Positions 34,478-46,604 of a DNA stretch of 64,000 bases are shown one piece after another. The DNA is from Veleropilina oligotropha (lineage: Eukaryota), in NCBI GenBank assembly GCA_048128005.1, contig JBEUKZ010000070.1, forward strand, positions 248,001-312,000, in the 5' to 3' direction. Below the pieces are notes generated by a model. That model saw only the letters and a program-made list of their open reading frames with translations. It ran no database searches and was not told the origin of the DNA. The first letter of the stretch is position 1. Every line of letters begins with the position of its first letter. A program made the translations under genes and the position numbers.

Positions 34478-37400
34478 CAGCCGCATACCCAATTTTTCGG
34501 TTACATTCCAGGCACGTTAAACGCACGTTGTCGAGGATGTGGCCCCTGCTGTTGTCCACACGGTCGACACTGAACTGCTGTGTGTCTTTGGGGGCATATG
34601 CCCAGAGCAGCTCTATGTTGCATGCTGCGCATCGGTTGTTTTGGGCCTCTCTGAGCCACAGGATGTTATCGACCTTCAGGTTAAATCCCTGGAGATCCTT
34701 GGCCTGGTCCTGGTGCATGTATGCCACGAGCTTCCTCTGGAAGGTCTTTCGGAGCTGCTGCTCGGTTTGGGGGGGGGGGGGCTGTCCTCAGAACCCTCAT
34801 CCGGAGGACAGGTTACCCGTTCGAGCTGATGCATATACTCTACCCGGGACATGGCTAGGTAGACGAGATTACTCCACTGAAGGTAGTCGTCGATGATCCA
34901 GACTTTCTGTGGGTCGTGAATGGTAAGAACCTGGCTCGAATGGACGGTGGGGCATAACCCAGGCGCCAATCCGGGGTCAGGATAGCCCTCTCGGCGGCCT
35001 CAATAGTGACCTCTATGACGTCGTTGAGAACTAGCTGTTCGCTGTGCGGGGGATGGTTACATCAATATTCTGCTTTCTGCTGTCTTTTGACAAACCGGTC
35101 CCATCCAAGGCAGCTCGGGAGAGTCTTACGCATTTCCTGGCACTGGACTTTGTCGGGTTGGAGATGGATACGTCTTTTCAGGGCTTTAAGGGCAGGGTCT
35201 TTCGCCCTGTAGTCTACTTCGACCTCTTCATAGTAGTCCGCGGTCTTTCGCAGCCAAACATGTGGCATCTCACCCGAAATCGGTGGCGGCTGACCCTGGT
35301 CCCCACAGCAGATAACCTGAACTTCATGGTGGCCCAGCCAGTCCAAGAACATCTCTAGGATATACCTGGGAACAGTACAGACCTCGTCCCAGATAATGAC
35401 GCGGGGGATGAACTTCTGACCCATGCGGTCGGGCGTCCAGTCGTTCTGGCCGCTCCATCGGAAGAAGCTGTGGTAGGTCTGGGCTTTGACACCCCTGGTC
35501 CGCATTTCTTTAGCGAGGCGGTGGGTTGGCGTGAACACAATGGGGTTTCTCACACGAAAGAGCTCGATCGCTCTCGTAGTCTTGCCACAGCTCCCTCCAC
35601 CGTTGAGGTAACTCAGGCGATGGTGAGTCAGTGTGTCATTGTAGCATGGTGCAGTGGTTGGCCGCGCAAGCACGTCCTTTGTGGCCCAGCAGTACTCTGG
35701 CTTGGGCAGGTATATGGCATGTTCCTGCGGCATATACAGCTGTTCGCCCTTGTCATGCCACTGGGCCAGGGCAACCCCATATTTGGGGGGTCTCTGGGTT
35801 ACTTCATCATGACAACTGAGACATACACAGCAGTACCCCTTTGGGTGCTCCTCATACGGCACATAGTCATCGATCCCATCGAGCTTGTGCAGTGCCGTTT
35901 TCTGGACATAAATGCTGTCAGTGGCCACTCGGACAGCCTACTCAGGGGTGAAACGCTGAAGCATTGAGAGGAGGTTGATGTGGGCATAGGCCAGCATCGA
36001 TGCCCTCAGGTGGGTGTACTGGGGCTGCGAGCCATCATAGTACGTGAGGATGTGCCCCACAGGGCACCTTTGATGTGCGCCGACGAAGGTACCGCTTTGG
36101 CGGGTATCTCTTACCAGGAAGTCAAGCTCTCCCTGGTCAGTCACAAGCCTTCGTGTCAATCTTTTGCCATCAGCTTTGCTGCCCTAGTTAATTTGCCGAT
36201 GATGCTGCACCCCTGGTCACGATTCTCAGGAAGCCAGACCTCGGTCTGCTTTCTGAATGTGATGATGGCTTCTCGGATCTTGAGGCTTTTTAGCAGTCCA
36301 GATTATGTGAGGAAGGCGAGCAGGGGGGGTGGTTCCCAGCTCTTTTCTGCAAAGTGCTTTCCAAACCAGGCGGGGATAGTGGGATGGATTTCTTGTGCAA
36401 ACTCCCATTCCTCGACCTCAGCAAACCCAGTGCCAATTTCGTGGGGAAGAGGACCGTTAATTGCGACCCGAGTCATGCGGTGGGTTGGGTGTCCGAATCT
36501 TTCGAAATATGGCTTAGCCTCTCCTTCCCCCTGAAAGCTAGCAGGGTAGCAGGCTTTCATATCGATGCTGATGATATCTCTCGTATCGTAGTTCATGGAA
36601 TTCCAAAGGCCACCATGGCCATGCTCTACGCAGGCCTTCTGGATGTCATCGAGCAGGCTGGCTGGGGTAGGTTTCCAGCCGTTGTTCTCTTTGGCCATAA
36701 TGCTAGCTGCATGGTTCACACCAAAGGCCCGATCGGCAAGAGACTCATTACCTAGAGCCTTGCATGCTTCCTGAAGAGCGGTGTGAACCTCTTTCGTCCT
36801 GTACGTGCGACCGTCTTGCAGCACGAACTGGTCCACGTTGAGCTGTCTTCATTCCTTCAGAACTACCGCCAAGGAGCCAGACAGCTAATGGCTCATTCTG
36901 TGTGGCTTGTCGGATAGCTTCCCAGACATCGCCCTCATACAGGTGGACCCCGCGAGACTGCGGGAAATGAAGGTCCTTGGGCCAGGTATGGCCGTTGTGA
37001 CATATGAGTTCTACTTTACCTCTCACCCCGTTGCCACCAAACTGGTATTTCCCACTGTTGTAAATGTCCTCGCCAGCAATGTCTCTCAAGATAATCGCCC
37101 GTTTGAAGATCCTCTCCAGTTGAGCCACATCGTCGACGGAAGCTCCTGTTTCATGAACTCGCTCTTCCCACTCCTGTATTTTCTGTCGCCTTGTTGGCGT
37201 TAGTCCGTTTCCTCTCAGAGCACCTTGGAAGTGCTCAACCACTCTCTGAGCAACGCAGTTGAGATCGCCGTTCTTCATTGGAACCAGATGGCCGTAGACG
37301 ACTGCAGTGACCGGGTACGCATTCTCGTAGTGGACTTTGTCGACCCCAGTTATAGCACCTGGCTCAGTGTCCTGAGAGATCTCAACGACACCCTGGCCCT

Positions 37401-38071
37401 TCATTCTCGCAGCCTTCACCGGGTCAAACTTGTCTTCGACCACCCAGTCGCCTTCACGCCACTCATGCAATAACTTTATTTTCAGGACAAACTCGCCCTT
37501 TGGAAGGGCTGTGAGGAGCTGTACCGCCCTCGCGTCTGTCATACGGGAATCCAGGGCCACCCCTCGCTTCGATACCGTCGGCAATCTCAATGTCGCCGAT
37601 GTCAAGTGGATCCTCTACTTCTACCCTCCATGTAGAAAAGACTGCTGCGGCGCCATCGACCTCAAACTCGTCTTTGGCATCGTTCAAGAGTTCCACCCAT
37701 GGCTCGTCTGCTGGGAGTCTTACTGGGGGAGGGACCTGGGCATCCAGGTCGATGGATTGTTGTCCCTTTGTGATTGTAAACAGCCCTAGAAGATCCTTCT
37801 GGTAGTCTTGGGCTGTCCGGCGCATTTTAGAGATGGGAATTGGGTCAAATTCCTCAACAATGGCCTTCTGTTTTCTCTCCGTGGCGCGCTGGCGCTGTGG
37901 AGGGGAAAGCCGATTTTTAATTGCAGCACGTGGAAGCAGAGGCTTCAACAAGCATTCCTTCACTTCTTCTGGGATAGGTTTATCTATAATGTTATGAACT
38001 ACATCCCGGAGAGTTTCATGTGCTTGCATTTCTGCGATCAGTTGGTCTATGTAGTCATCCATAGTCGCCAT
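34467..38071 (-). pseudogene. Replicase: OTU-like protease + protein-primed PolB + SF1 (RecD/Pif1-like) helicase + HNH domain, several frameshifts and stops
   Basis: Consecutive ORF pieces: LNCVAQ...CHNGH; SIDMKACYP; SIIGK; HLRASMLAYAH; VATDSIY; GGGSCGKT; IIWDE; CGDQGQPPP; TVHSSQ; VYLAMSR; CAAC...SVDRVDNSRGH...N...CLECN. Confidence 0.85.
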
Positions 38072-38119
38072 GTTGCTGAGTGGGTATACCCTATGATAAG
38101 TATTTCTCTAATAGGAAAT

Positions 38120-38392
38120 TTACGTGTGGTAAATTGCAGCCATGCGGAGAAACTCTCTCTCGTAGGCTTTTTTCTTTCGTTGCCAGTACTTAACGTTCTC
38201 ATTCTGATACCCACAACCCTGACACAACGTAAACCGGTTTATAACACCTTTTCCACATTTGCTGCAGGGTTTTGTACCCCCGCCCTTCGGAAGCCGAGCA
38301 AGGTGGATTTTACAATACTCACCAAGACAACTCTTATCGCATAGCTCTGTTGAGCTCAAAGTAAGCCATTTACATGTGTGTTGACCCTTCAT
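38120..38392 (-). CDS. Small Cys/His-rich putative zinc-finger protein
   Basis: MKGQHTCKWLTLSSTELC...CKIH...CSKC...CQGC; homologue of 1888-2172 with all Cys conserved. Confidence 0.7.
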   Translation of the reverse strand: MKGQHTCKWLTLSSTELCDKSCLGEYCKIHLARLPKGGGTKPCSKCGKGVINRFTLCQGCGYQNENVKYWQRKKKAYEREFLRMAAIYHT

Positions 38393-38438
38393 CGTATACT
38401 TTGCAGTAGGTATATCTAATAGAAGAGCCCGGGCCGGC

Positions 38439-38723
38439 GAGGGTGGTGGGCCGTCCTTGGGGGCTCTATATAGTTGTGCAGACAATCGCCTCGTGGATCG
38501 GTATATATTCTGAAAAGGTGCTGGGAGCCTTCCTGGCCAAAATAGAGCTGGTTCTGAAAAGGTGCTGGGAGCCTTCCTGGCCCAAATAGAGCTGGTTCTG
38601 AAAAGGTGCTGGGAGCCTTCCTGGCCAAAATAGAGCTGGTTCTGAAAAGTTGCTGGGAGCCTTCCTGGCCAAAATAGAGCTGGTGCATTCACCCCCCCCC
38701 CCCCCCCCCCCCCCCCTGCTGCT
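38439..38723 (-). repeat. Right terminal inverted repeat
   Basis: 44-bp subrepeats, long C-run, ends TGCTGCT. Confidence 0.95.
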
Positions 38724-38825
38724 GGTTGATAAAAGGAAGCTGTGTTGAATGAGAGGACACCAGAGAGGCCCTAGATAGTTTCCACAGCATCAAGATCATC
38801 TTTGAAAGTGAATGCAAAGGCTCTG

Positions 38826-39688
38826 TACCAGCCTCTGAGAGGGGGTGCTACATACCAGCCTCTGAGAAGGGGTGCTACAGACCAGCCTCTGAGAAGGGGT
38901 GCTACATACCAGCCTCTGAGAAGGGGTGCTGCATACCAGCCTCTGAGAAGGGGTGCTAAATACCAGCCTCTGAGAAGGGGTGCTACATACCAGCCTCTGA
39001 GAAGGGGTGCTACATACCAGCCTCTGAGAAGGGGTGCTACATACCAGCCTCTGAGAAGGGGTGTTACATACCAGCCTATGAGAAGGGGTGCTACATACCA
39101 GCCTCTGAGAAGGGGTGCTACATACCAGCCTCTGAGAGGGGGTGCTACATACCAGCCTCTGAGAGGGGGTGCTACATACCAGCTTCTGAGAGGGGGTGCT
39201 ACATACCAGCCTCTGAGAAGGGGTGCTACATACCAGCATCTGAGAAGGGGTGCTACATACCAGCCTCTGAGAAGGGGTGCTACATACCAGCCTCTGAGAA
39301 GGGGTGCTACACACCAGCCTCTGAGAAGGGGTGCTACATACCAGCCGCTGAGAAGGGGTGCTACATACCAGCCGCTGAGAAGGGGTGCTACATACCAGCC
39401 TCTGAGAAGGGGTGCTACATACCAGCCTCTGAAAGGGGGTGCTACATACCGGCCTCTGAGAAGGGGTGCTACATACCAGCCTCTGAGAAGGGGTGCTACA
39501 TACCAGCCTCTGAGAAGGGGTGCGACATACCAGCCTCTGAGAAGGGGTGCTACATACCAGCCTCTGAGAAGGGGTGCTACATACCAGCCTCTGAGAGGGG
39601 TGATACATACCAGCCTCTGAGAGGGGGTGCTACATACCAGCCTCTGAGAAGGGGTGCTACATACCAGCCTCTGAGAAGGGGTGCTACA
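38826..39688. repeat. 27-bp minisatellite (taccagcctctgagaaggggtgctaca), ~32 copies
   Basis: Direct observation. Confidence 0.95.
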
Positions 39689-39819
39689 TCTGTGTTGTTG
39701 CGTATCAGTATCTAACTGTTATAATATACTAGTATGTACAGATTTAATTGTAATTAGAATATATCCGATCGGAATTTGGTGCATTATATGTCGTCGTCTA
39801 GTGATGTGTCGGATAGTGA

Positions 39820-41650
39820 CGCACCCTGTTCATGACATGCCATTCTCTGCAGTGGGTTGCAGCTCTTGAAATGTCTATGCGGGAGAAATTCATCTGAATA
39901 GTCGGCCAGCCCAAGAATGTTAATCTTTGTCTTCCGCAGGCTCTTCGACCTTCTATTTTTCCGTTACCATCAGTCGTTCATAACCCTCTTTCCTCAACAC
40001 ATGTCCACTTGTTTTAAGTAGCGCTCTCGATGCTCCCGTTCTTTCCTGGAGTTTTCATTCGATATCATATCTTCCACATCGTTTGAGTGTTTGTCCCCAT
40101 GTCTCACACCCATACAGTAATGTGGACCAGATGTAACATTTCCTCGAATTGAGCAGATTGTGATGTTGGTCTTTGCGATGCCAATTCTCTGTTTTATTTC
40201 ATTGTGACTTTCACCATCTGATGCCACCATGCTTCCCTATTATCAAATATGATTAACTTACTGCAGAGTCGTTCCATTGATGTTGATTGAGCACATTAGT
40301 GACTGCATTCTTATATAATACCAATGTGAAGGATTTCTTGAGGTTATTTCATATAGGCTCATATTCTCACTCTCTTCCAAGATGACAGCAATAGTGTCAT
40401 GTAGTTTGGATTCTGAAGCCGCCATCAAGGCTGTATCGTCAGAGCATCTCAGATTGTTGATGTTAACACCTACATCTACTTCATCGTATACCTGGTCGTA
40501 TATGGATTTGCGAGTACTGGTAATTTTTTTATACAAAATTCTTGCATTGCTTGGATCATTTCAATTCCAATACCGCCAGGTCCAACGGTGAATCGTTTAA
40601 CCACATTTTCAGGTCACACTCTACTTATTCCTTAGGCACATGTATACTCCCTCCTTTTTATGTCTTGACCTTTTTGTAAAAAAGGACAAGACATTATCAA
40701 ATGGTCCGTGTGTATATACATATATACATATATACTTATATATATATATATATCCGCTGATTTTCTCGAAAACTACCGGCTCAATTTTCACCAAATTTGG
40801 TACACATATTTCCACGAGTATTTGTAGGTCGTGTATATAACTTTCGCGACGCAATGTTGCAAAAATATGCATTTATTAGGCACTTGTATGCATGTTTGTA
40901 TATAACATATGTCTAATATTGCAAGCAAATAGCAATGACGTCATTGCGACGTCGCTTTAGATTAATCGTCATTTGGTGACGTCACAATCGACGGGGTACT
41001 TGCACTTAGCCATTGTAACGTTATAACTGTTATGAAAATTTGACGGAAATAAAGAAATGTCAAGACATATTCCGAACGCGTCGTTCTTGTTATGTAACAA
41101 GATTAGTCTTTTTACACTCGTGTCCTGAAAAAGGTCCCCAATGTATTCCTCCCACCTTTTAAGTATATCATGTTTCTCCATGATGATAGTTCCATCCTAT
41201 GCAGCTTCAATGCAGCTTGAGGTATTGTAAGCATTTCTCTTGGTCACATCTTTCACCCGGTTAACCTTTTCTGTAGATTTCTTCAATCTCTTTGCACTGT
41301 TTAATCAGATTGGTTTCGTTCTCTGCTTTATACTTGTCCCGTATTAGCCTGTTTATTTTCATTTTCATTTCTTTGGTACAACCGGCGTTGTTAAATTAAT
41401 TAGAGGATCTCCTCAGTTAACCATTTGCTTTGCTACACATTTGGGACGCGGGATTACCGTTTCTGATGATTCGCTCTTTCACGTTGTTGAATATGTCTTC
41501 TCCTAGATCTTCAAGTCTTCTTTCTCAGCCATCAGTTCCTTTACTTTATCTAAAAAATTCCAGATGATACCACCCTTCTTCAAACATTGAAAGTTCGGTT
41601 TTTGTATGCATCTTGATTTGCGTAGCTTTCTGAGTCTTACACGGATTGAG
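39820..41650 (-). pseudogene. Highly degenerate RTE-like LINE fragments, interrupted by a repeat
   Basis: NINNLRCSDDTALMA, EIKQRIGIAK, ILKRWEEYIGDLF. Confidence 0.65.
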
Positions 41651-42925
41651 GAGACCAAATAGGGATTGAACTGCAGTTTGGTTGCGTTTATGCTGGTATG
41701 AACTCAATCAGCAATTACATCTTCTATAGAGCGTGTTAGCGCTCCATATAGAATATATATGTAATTACTGCTTGCGTTCATACCAGCATAAACGCAACCA
41801 AACTGCAGTTCAATCCTTATATTTACATTAGTTTTTAACCAGAATCCCGTAAAAATAAACATAATATTTAGTTTGTTATGATGTAGTTATTATTGTATAT
41901 CGTCAGGTAACGTCCAATTAACGGAACAGGCTTTCCATTAAGCCAAAAAATAGTTCCTGTAGGGATTTCATTCTGTGGTAAAAATTATAAACAATATTGT
42001 TAAATTCAATTCATTAATTTATTTGATATTAAATATATAATGTAAATTTTACATTAGAGGCAAAACTTTTTATGTATAACAATTATATTATAACAAGAAA
42101 CATAGTGCGATATTACTAGCCTTGCCTACTTTCTCTATTGCGTTCATAGTAGTATGATAAATAGCAGACGATGTAAATATAAGGACATGGTCACTGTCAA
42201 TGTCTTCTCCCGGGCGACGTATTGATTGCTGCACAGCTAGTGTTTATAGTTATATGACGTCGATTTGGTTATTGATGGTTTTGAACTACGCTGCATCCAC
42301 AATCGTCTTGGGTGGTTCTCAAACCATGTATTTTTAATCACTTGGTTGTATCCACAGCACCATTCAACCCATATGTCACCCCTTTCTTTTCTATCACCTA
42401 GCACATGTAAGGCCCAAAAAAATGTCTTGGTTCCTGTTACCCTACCCTACCTAAATTTTAGACCCTACCCTAAACGTTTTATGAGTGATTATTTTTTAAA
42501 ATCCATCTCTCCGCTGACCATCCTATTTTCTCTCTGGAAGGCTTTGTGATGTGTGATATGTCTATTAAATAGGATTAATGGCCGCATATTACCATATGAC
42601 ATGGATTTTTCTTCAAACATCACACATCTGTTCAAATTATGAATCACAGTTGTCCGTACTGGTCGGAGAGGGCGGGTTTCCCCGGGCGATCGGGCTTTCC
42701 TCCCGCGATACTATGGACATGGTACTTTGAACCAAATGATGGTTGGAAATATACAGGACATTAAGCATCGATCCTTTCCTTTCCTGTGTGGCTTAGTTTC
42801 CATTTGCATTATAATAATTCAGCACGATACGACCCAGTAGTCTTTTAAAGTGCCAGATGCGTCCTCGTTCAATAATATACCTACAGTATGGGTATTCCAT
42901 TTTCATGTTTTTTCTCTGGATACGA

Positions 42926-42956
<31 letters not shown>

Positions 42957-44044
42957 GGAAGCTGTATGCGCTGGTCTGGAAGAAACTCTAGACTCTTGCT
43001 GTGGTTTGCATAATTCCACGACACTGGACTGTCAGCAATCAACAACTCTTCTCCGTTGAATCCCTATTGGACCATTGGCTTCATCCATATAATGCTCAGT
43101 TGATTTCAAAACTCATCATCATATATAGTTTTATAATAGTTTTAGCTTAATTAATTGCAACATATCATGTTCCATGTTGCGGAGATTGGGTACAAGATAT
43201 TCATCTTCGAAAGAAAATTGACCAGCAGAGTGAAACCTTTTTCAATATTCAACATCGTGTACATGAACCAAATTTTTAGGGAAGGTAGAGTACTGTAACC
43301 TTGCTTAGTGGTATAAATTATATCACGATATTAGCAGTTATTACAAATATCGTAACGTCTCAACGATTTAACCTTGGGAACAAAATGTATTGCTACAAAT
43401 TCGCACAAAGTATATAATTCTATCTAGTTTAAAAATTTCAAGTAAATCGGATCAATAGTTTTCGAGTTATGCGAATGGACATACATACATACATACTGAG
43501 CCGATTGCAATACCCTCGCCTCTAATTACTGTTATTATTACTATCGGGAAGATACATTGTATATAAGTGCATTATCTGTGTTTTAAATAATAACAAGGGC
43601 AATAACTCTGTCAATAATCGCCACACAACATTAAAATTAGCAAATGGCATAATTTGCACGGGCGGACGGATGCGCGCACTCACGGATGGTTTGCATATTA
43701 ATATCCCCCACAAAATTATATGGCAGGAAATAATAATCTTTCATTTAATTCATTAATGAATAAAAGAATATTAGTGTCTCAGAAATGTTTTCTTGCATCA
43801 CAAATGTTAACCTAGTATTGAAATTTTATAAAAGTGGGGCGTGCGTTTCTAATTGGTTGAGTATATAAACATTGAATAAGTGTGGTTGAAACAGACGTTG
43901 TGAAATTAAAACCAACAAGAATCATTTCAGTAACTTTGTCTAGATACTTTGTCTAGATGCTTTTGAAAAGCATGCTCTATCTAGATGCTTTGTCAGTGTT
44001 AATGCATTAAACATGTCCCTGGAGAAGAATTCTTTGTTTTGCAG

Positions 44045-44158
44045 GATTGCATGGCTGAGCACAAAGATTGGCGGAAGTGTCAGCCTCAAGTTGCTGCTTT
44101 GAAAAAGTGCATCTCGGACAACATGAGAAAGTCTCAGAAGAACTCCTCCCCGTCCTGA
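44045..44158 (+). CDS. COA4: COA4 exon 2
   Basis: ttctttgttttgcAG then DCMAEHKDWRKCQPQVAALKKCISDNMRKSQKNSSPS*; completes the twin CX9C motif in phase 0. Confidence 0.92.
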   Translation, partial: DCMAEHKDWRKCQPQVAALKKCISDNMRKSQKNSSPS

Positions 44159-45199
44159 CCAGTCTTGGAGATGTTTTTATAGATATTTCTGCTCGTGTGA
44201 AACAATTACAGACGATAAAAATTAAAAAAATGTCCTTATGTCTGTGATATGAAACATTAAACAAGTAAAAGATGAATGACAAAGGTATATGGTGCATATG
44301 ATCTGGGATGAGACTGTTTGCACTATGTGGCATTTTTTTAATCTATTAAACAAATGTTTATTTTACTTACAGTTAATGTTAATGATGTAGAATAGTATAC
44401 AGAAGCCCCAATATACATATTGATGGTAGTCGCTCAACAAATAGCCATGCAGTGTTTAATCAATGAATGGTACTCTGTTTATCATATATAATTATTCCAT
44501 TGCGATATTGCGAAAATATCATATCATCATTCAAACACAGTTAGTTGACACGGTACGTGAATGACGATTATAATTAACTTATGTTTCCCCAATCCGAAAG
44601 ACGGTGACATGATTATGATATATATCGATACTGAAGTCGACAAGAAACACGATGGTGAAAACCAGATATCCCTATTATAATGAGCCAAAAAAGAAACTAT
44701 ACATTACACATGTTGAGATATTCGCCGAGTTCTGACTCTGTCGTAAAACGTTGTTAATTTTGTTGTGTAAATCGTTCAACATTAGTGTGTTACCAAAATC
44801 CGCACGTTTTTCTGCCGTCGGCTGTGCCGGTATATTGAAGGCATATCATTTTGCACGGATTGCTGTTTGTTAACTTTGTTTTCCGACCACTTTTTGCCAT
44901 TTTTTTGCCTTATCGCAGTCAGGACACCCGGTTTAAGGTCTCACTCCGATAAGACCGACGTATAATGATTTAAGCGTTATAATAAGCTATCCCGGGGCGG
45001 GAATCGAACCCACATCCCACCGTCCCACTTAACGTTATCGGACGCTCTACCAGCTAACCTCTCGAGGACAGTTGTTTTGCACAGGTATCTCGAGAAGTCC
45101 ACATATGTACGGATGTACACATGTAAAGGCCACTGTTTTGTACTCAGTCGAACCCAGATTGAGGAAAAAGTTCTAACGTTTTGTCAATTTACCCTGTGG

Positions 45200-46070
45200 A
45201 AATGCGTAGACTCGAGCGAAGTAAACGATTGCACGTAATAGGAATGATGGAATCTGGTGTAGGCTACGCCAGGTTGATTCGCTGCGCGTTTTGTCGGAGC
45301 TGGAGACCCCCCCCCCCCATCTCGTTGTGTCAGACCGTGCGTCATGACTGCTGCACAACACCGTCACACTTACGTGAACGCTTTTTGTCAGTAACGTCAA
45401 CAGGAGCTGTAACTCTGGGACGCAACATAAACCTATAATGCGCTATACCGTTTGGCAGAGCGCCGTATTCAAGCCCGACGCCCGTACTGTGGACCAGTAC
45501 TTACACGACATCGCTGTGACGCTAGACTGATCTGGGCGCGTCAACATCTCCGTTGGAACAGAGTTCAGTGGAGGTATGCACTGTTTAGCGAAGAATCTCG
45601 CTTTTGCTTGAGTTTGGATATCGACGTGAGCGCATTTACCGACGTCGAGGTGAACGTTTTTAGGACGTCTGTGGACGTCGGTTTAATCGCTTTTGGGGGC
45701 GGGAGCGTCTTTGTCTGAGATGGAATTTCATTTTATCATCATACCCTCTGGTATTCGTACATGAGAATTTTACGAGACAGCATTACCATTTCTCATCGAT
45801 AACCGTCGAGCAACGACCAAGCTTGCAAGAAGACGACGAAAGGCGCCACACAGCACGTGTGTGCAGTGACATCCTGCGTCAGCAGACTATTCCGGTGCTT
45901 CCCTGGCCACCATTGTAATCAGATTTGTCAGCCACAGACGCTAAATCAATTGCGGGACTCGTTAGCTCAGGAATGTGACGCCATACCACAGCAAGATCTT
46001 CATGAACTCATCCTGTCGATGCGTAGGCCTATAGACGATGCATTGATGTCCACACTCGTTGTATAGTCCA
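45200..46070 (+). pseudogene. Degenerate Tc1-like transposase
   Basis: ARRPYCGPVLT..H...RLIWARQH..W...QWRYALFSEESRF; IPQ..L.ELILSMRR. Confidence 0.8.
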
Positions 46071-46604
46071 TTTGTGATCACCCATGACAGTATTTAACGA
46101 CGTCGAAGTCAAACATTTCAGGAAGCGAATCTCAGCGATGTCTATGCGCTTCTTGACATGCTTTAATTTGCTATACGTGTGATTTTAATTGACTTTCGCC
46201 AATCATGAATAAAATTACGTTTCATTATTATTTTTGACCATTGTTTACTCGAAGTTTTAAAACTCCGACTATTCAAACAATGTCCATTCAGTAGTAATTA
46301 GTTAGGTACCATTAGTTAACCGGCTACATGAAATTTGTCCAACAGGACGCAATCCTAAAACCACTAAAAACGAATAGGATTCAAATAACATGTAACATGT
46401 ATTAACGAAATTACTAAAAGAGATAAACTTATAAATTTCTTAGTAAACAGTATAATGTACCAGTAACAAACTAGGGGTAGCAAACTAGCAAATTTGAACC
46501 CCGAAGAATCGAAACTTGGACGTAGGAAAGTTTTCCACTGTAAATCATCGATTCAACACTGAAGACGCAGCTCCTATTCGACAAAAAGCTGAAGAGAACA
46601 CCTA

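Larger units (their letters stand above)
25024..38723. mobile_element. Complete Polinton/Maverick-like endogenous DNA virus (copy B), 13.7 kb, partly decayed
   Basis: Long TIRs with AGCAGC...GCTGCT ends; RVE integrase, pPolB-helicase, packaging ATPase, capsid-like genes; gene-dense, intronless, GC-rich. Confidence 0.93.

Noticed and set aside
25018..38729. 6-bp target-site duplication for copy B
   Set aside because: Flanks are GGATAG and GGTTGA (3/6 match); a TSD cannot be claimed
38796..39688. 270-aa repetitive ORFs on both strands / CRISPR-like array beside the virus
   Set aside because: Pure 27-bp tandem repeat with no spacers; frames are open because the unit is a stop-free multiple of 3. 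Resemblance to the TIR subrepeat (tctga.aagg..tgct) is too short to support common origin.
44925..45070. tRNA gene (also ~47060-47130 and ~23160-23220)
   Set aside because: B-box-like motifs only, no convincing cloverleaf; more likely tRNA-derived SINE heads
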